In this document: piece after piece, positions 7,903 to 10,983 of the stretch | How positions within the stretch are numbered: the first letter of the stretch is position 1 | Layout: each line of letters starts with the position of its first letter | NCBI GenBank assembly: GCA_050117845.1 | Contig: JASFLY010000048.1 | Span: 1 to 10,983, forward strand | Direction: 5' to 3' | Source: Candidatus Zixiibacteriota bacterium | GTDB lineage: Bacteria > RBG-13-66-14 > B26-G2 > WVWN01 | DNA: 10,983 nt | Translations under genes and position numbers: made by a program | The notes under the pieces: generated by a model | Seen by the model: the letters and a program-made list of their open reading frames with translations, nothing else | Database searches by the model: none | Told to the model about the DNA's origin: nothing

Positions 7903-7976
7903 TGGGGGCGAGAGGATTTGAACCTCCGGCCTTCTGCTCCCAAAGCAGACGCGCTACCGGCCTGCGCTACGCCCCC
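7903..7976 (-). tRNA. tRNA-Pro (anticodon TGG), CCA not encoded
   Basis: The minus strand folds as GGGGGCG TA GCGC AGGCCGGTA GCGC G TCTGC TTTGGGA GCAGA AGGCC GGAGG TTCAAAT CCTCT CGCCCCC A, a full cloverleaf with anticodon TGG. Confidence 0.97.
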
Positions 7977-7988
7977 GTATGGCGGTTA

Positions 7989-8017
7989 ACTATAACGTAA
8001 AAGCGCGAGGGCGTCAA
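7989..8017 (-). promoter_or_regulatory. sigma70-type promoter for tRNA-Pro
   Basis: Minus strand TTGACG-N17-TATAGT, 12 nt upstream of the tRNA 5' end. Confidence 0.75.
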
Positions 8018-8103
8018 ACCGAAAGGGGAATTTGAGCCGCCGTTATTACGAGATACCCTCGATGACGTCTGAAGAGGCGGCGCTTTAATTGCCGACCCCC
8101 ATG

Positions 8104-8241
8104 TGGTACGGGTACAATATCCTCAACCTTGGAGGTCCGTATCACTCTTTCCCGTGATGGTTACGGATAAACCAATATTCTCTAAATTGCTACCCCATGG
8201 CCCCCTTGTTAAATGCTTGGGACGGGTTACAATACCCAACG
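8104..8241 (+). repeat. Three degenerate direct repeats upstream of the phage-like operon
   Basis: TGGTACGGGTACAATATCCTCAAC (8104), TGGTTACGGATAAACCAATATTCTCTAA (8158) and TGGGACGGGTTACAATACCCAAC (8218). Copies 1 and 3 contain TACAAT -10-like hexamers, with TTGCCG (18 nt spacer) and TTGTTA (16 nt spacer) upstream. Confidence 0.5.
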
Positions 8242-8334
8242 TGAGAGGCGGACTAATAACACGGAGTTGAAGTACAAAAGGGCATATGTGCGCGCCGCAG
8301 ACGCGCAGGGGCCGAAAGCAGCGAGGGACGATTA

Positions 8335-8601
8335 ATGGCAGCGACGTTTAGAGAGAAGATACGGCATTTAATTCGTGACAACGAGACGCCGTACGTTTGG
8401 AGCGACGCCGAGCTCGACGTCTTTATCGAGATAGAAGGGGCTGAGCAGTATAGGTGCGCGGCGAACGTTTTGCGAGCCTGGGCGAGGGAAAAAGCGCTCG
8501 AGGCCTATTCTTACACTATGACCGATGGCAAACAAATGGATAAACGTAGCGTCGTTGACGCGCTACTTGCCGTCGCCGAGAGTTACGAGGATATGACATA
8601 G
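8335..8601 (+). CDS. Phage head-tail adaptor/connector-like protein
   Basis: GAGGGA RBS. The pattern IR.LI.D....VWSDAELD.FI...G...AA..L resembles small helical head-completion/adaptor proteins. It is the first gene of the module leading to the sheath. Confidence 0.6.
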   Translation: MAATFREKIRHLIRDNETPYVWSDAELDVFIEIEGAEQYRCAANVLRAWAREKALEAYSYTMTDGKQMDKRSVVDALLAVAESYEDMT

Positions 8602-8672
8602 CCGTGTGGCGTCCTTTTTCGGTGTTTCCTTAGCCCGAAATTCGATCGCTATGTTTTCTTTTAAATGGATTT

Positions 8673-8912
8673 GTGATGGTAGTATTCGAATATCGTTTGC
8701 CCGGTAAACGCGGTAAAAACCGTAATAAGCGAGACTATGGAGTCCCACCTTATCCGTATTTAGTCTCGTCCGACGATAACGGTAGGGTTCGGGCTCTACG
8801 TACGGATTTTATGTTTACCCCTTGGTTTTGGGGCGGGGTGCCGTCGTACGGAGAGTTCGTACCGAATTACGAACGAATCCTAGATAGGGATAAGAAAATC
8901 AAAGGATATTAA
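8673..8912 (+). CDS. Hypothetical protein (79 aa), uncertain
   Basis: Fills the gap between two phage-like genes on the same strand. Weak RBS, no recognisable motif. Confidence 0.35.
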   Translation: MMVVFEYRLPGKRGKNRNKRDYGVPPYPYLVSSDDNGRVRALRTDFMFTPWFWGGVPSYGEFVPNYERILDRDKKIKGY

Positions 8913-8929
8913 GGGAGGGAGGGGCTTTA

Positions 8930-9298
8930 ATGGCTTTTGCGGATGAAGTAGCGGGCGATGTCGAGGTAACCCATAGTGATTGGGCGAGAACAGACGTCGA
9001 TATCGTTGAACGGACGACGACCGCCGTTTCCGCAACCGGTTCGACGCCGACCTTTTCGGAAAATCCGGACACTTTAACCGGAGTTTTTACCGTAATTGAC
9101 GCCGCCCTGCAAGAGACGTCTTTCGGGGGAATGATAGGTGAGGACGCTACTCTCTTACTTTTACCCGCGGAGGACATCGCTTTCCAGGACATTATCGAAG
9201 TCGATAACACCTATTATCGGGTCGAGGAAATCCGGCTCGAGAAAGTCGGAACGGCCGAGGTGCAAAAATCCTGTAGACTAGTGAGGATCAACCCATGA
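8930..9298 (+). CDS. Phage head-closure/stopper-like (neck) protein
   Basis: Strong RBS GGGAGGGAGG. A 122-aa beta-rich protein with DI...DIIEVDNTYYRVEEI, a pattern typical of SPP1 gp16 / lambda FII-like head-tail joining proteins. The stop overlaps the next start (ATGA). Confidence 0.6.
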   Translation: MAFADEVAGDVEVTHSDWARTDVDIVERTTTAVSATGSTPTFSENPDTLTGVFTVIDAALQETSFGGMIGEDATLLLLPAEDIAFQDIIEVDNTYYRVEEIRLEKVGTAEVQKSCRLVRINP

Positions 9299-9915
9299 TT
9301 ACGAAAGCGATAATCGGTGTTAAAACGGCGTTACTCGATCTCGAGGATCAAGACGGCACCAGCGTTTTTTCGACGGCGGACCAAATCTATACCGGCTATC
9401 CCCACCCGGACTTGATTAGGCCGGATATGCCAACCATAAAAAACCCCGTTGTCGCGGTGTATTTTAAGGGTAAGGACGCTAGCGGTTTGGGCTTCCAGGA
9501 ATTCTTGATACGTGAGGATGCTACGGTCGAGATGGAAGAATACCGCCGCGATAGGTTTTTCGTAACCCAAATCGATATGACGTGTGACGTCCATATCCTT
9601 GCGGGTACGATGGACGAAATAGTGGGTACTGCTAGTCCGTCGTGGAACGGATACGTCCAGCAAGTGATAACGATAGTCCGGTCGCACGCTGGCATCGTAG
9701 GGTTGCAGGACACCCAAATAAGATGGGACCTCGCATCGGAAGATATTTTCGAAATACCCGGGGCCGTAGATTACGCCGCAGACAGACGGGCATTCCTGGG
9801 CATTGTGAGATCAGTTTTATACGGCAAAGTCCTCGAGCCCGTTGGTGCGAAGGACTACGCGCCGATCGAGGAACTTAACCCTCACGACGGCGAATTTACG
9901 CCTACTTATCCGTAA
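9295..9915 (+). CDS. Putative tail terminator / tail-completion protein
   Basis: Translationally coupled to the previous gene (ATGA overlap). Its position between the stopper-like and sheath-like genes and its alpha/beta pattern (IYTGYP...PVVAVY) fit, but the function is inferred mostly from synteny. Confidence 0.5.
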   Translation: MITKAIIGVKTALLDLEDQDGTSVFSTADQIYTGYPHPDLIRPDMPTIKNPVVAVYFKGKDASGLGFQEFLIREDATVEMEEYRRDRFFVTQIDMTCDVHILAGTMDEIVGTASPSWNGYVQQVITIVRSHAGIVGLQDTQIRWDLASEDIFEIPGAVDYAADRRAFLGIVRSVLYGKVLEPVGAKDYAPIEELNPHDGEFTPTYP

Positions 9916-9940
9916 CTAGCGGGGAGGTGTTTATAAAGAA

Positions 9941-10165
9941 ATGGATTTATTAGCTCCTGACAGGATAGGCAATAAAAAAGAACGTCGGCCGAAGCAGACC
10001 GGGAGCGGCGCGGCCGAGACGGCCAGACCGGCTCTCTGGGCGGAAAAGCTAGAAGTTACGGATTGGTGGATCGCGTTGAGTGAAGCCGGTATCTATCCGG
10101 ATGACGAAATTACGGAAGAGGTTTTTAAACGAGCTATATCAGCTCACAGCGGAAAGGTGATGTGA
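9941..10165 (+). CDS. Small phage-like hypothetical protein preceding the sheath gene
   Basis: GGGGAGGT upstream. The C-terminal motif DEITEEVFKRAI resembles small pre-sheath proteins. The TGA overlaps the next ATG (TGATG). Confidence 0.6.
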   Translation: MDLLAPDRIGNKKERRPKQTGSGAAETARPALWAEKLEVTDWWIALSEAGIYPDDEITEEVFKRAISAHSGKVM

Positions 10166-10983
10166 TGACGGAGGGACTTAGGACCCTACCCGGGTTTATA
10201 CCCACCATACGCGACGGGGGCTTGGGTGCCGGCCTCGGCCTTGGCGGCCGGTGCGGCTTCGCCGGTGTTTCCAAGAACGTGACCGCCGGTACGTTCATTA
10301 GCTTGAAGTCCGCCGCGGATGTCAGGGAGAAATTGGGCAGGGGGCCCGCGGTCGAACAGCTCCTGGATCTTTTCGAGGACGGGTATGACCGCGATGACCA
10401 AGCGTTAAGCGTGCAAGAGGTTATTTACCTGGAGATCGACTCAAGCGATACCACGGCCGAAATAACGACGCCCGTAGCCGGGGGGAGCAACGCCGGTTCG
10501 GCGACGCCGGATGTCGGCGGCACGCCTTGGTTGGATCGGTCTTATATGATCAAGGTTACCAAAACCGGTGACATCGGCGTAGCTCGTTACAAGATCTGTC
10601 GTAATTACGACGTTGTAGACGCCGACCACCAGGTCTGGAGCGAGGAATTGAAGTTCGTCGTGGCCGACGATACTACTTCTTCCAAGATCTACCTCGAGGC
10701 ACCGGTGGAGGACCCGGATAACGGTGCTTACATCGAATTCACGGAAGGAGTCGGGGACGACTTCGTAGCCGACGATACTTGGACGTTCGGGACGACCCCC
10801 GCGTTGCCCAGCCAAACCAAAATCCAGGAAGCTCTTACCGCGCTCGTGCAGTGGCGCGACGCCGCAGGTAACGGCCTGGGTGGCACTGGCGATATCTCGC
10901 TCATCGGTTGCGACCAGGAAATCCCGGCCGACTCAACTGCCTGGGAACCCATCCATCAGATAGCGACGGACGAGTGGGATAAC
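10165..10983 (+). CDS. Contractile tail sheath-like protein (DUF2586-like), 5' part, runs off the window end
   Basis: Manual translation from ATG 10165 is open to the end (273 codons): MTEGLRTLPGFIPTIRDGGLG...GFAGVS...DVREKLGRGPAVE...YMIKVTKTGDIGVARYK...WSEE...FVADDTWTFGTTPALPS... The LP..I.DGGLG, LG.GP, VTK.G..G.A and F...D.W.F.T patterns recall DUF2586-type sheath proteins. Absent from the ORF track because it has no stop in the window. Confidence 0.75.
   Translation, partial: MTEGLRTLPGFIPTIRDGGLGAGLGLGGRCGFAGVSKNVTAGTFISLKSAADVREKLGRGPAVEQLLDLFEDGYDRDDQALSVQEVIYLEIDSSDTTAEITTPVAGGSNAGSATPDVGGTPWLDRSYMIKVTKTGDIGVARYKICRNYDVVDADHQVWSEELKFVVADDTTSSKIYLEAPVEDPDNGAYIEFTEGVGDDFVADDTWTFGTTPALPSQTKIQEALTALVQWRDAAGNGLGGTGDISLIGCDQEIPADSTAWEPIHQIATDEWDN

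Noticed and set aside
7860..7976. tRNA-Pro as a prophage attachment site
   Set aside because: No integrase and no duplicated tRNA 3' end in the window. The phage-like genes lie on the tRNA's 5' side.
7233..8000. Plus-strand ORFs 7233-7517 and 7743-8000
   Set aside because: No motifs or RBS. They run across a terminator hairpin, the read-through tail of the CxxC gene, or the antisense of the tRNA.
8289..8325. Hairpin TGCGCG/CGCGCA and CAGG...AGCAG resembling SRP RNA or a riboswitch
   Set aside because: It lacks the GNRA-capped stem between CAGG and AGCAG and the flanking helix. No riboswitch consensus could be completed.

Overview
A GC-rich bacterial chromosome window with two parts. The left part (1-7976) is all on the minus strand. 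In reading order it holds tRNA-Pro(TGG), a small secreted CxxC protein gene, an MscS channel fused to a cyclic-nucleotide-binding domain, accD, two tandem membrane-anchored sulfatase-like paralogues, groES and the 5' part of groEL. The right part (8335 to the end) is a divergent plus-strand operon of phage-like neck genes and a contractile tail-sheath-like gene. It starts directly after a promoter region, with no capsid, portal, terminase or integrase gene in front of it. The top observation is that the 68-aa ORF at 7506-7712 stops at a TGA where this protein family normally has Cys (GG-C). The frame then continues through the rest of the domain (DDPQWRCKDC) to TAA at 7449, with a SECIS-like hairpin just downstream, so it is a candidate new secreted selenoprotein. 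Also notable: a possible capsid-less contractile tail system, a complete sigma54 promoter architecture (-24/-12, IHF site, paired enhancer palindromes) upstream of groESL, and a tRNA-Pro with G1:C72 instead of the usual bacterial C1:G72. Family assignments come from motif recognition by eye, not database searches.
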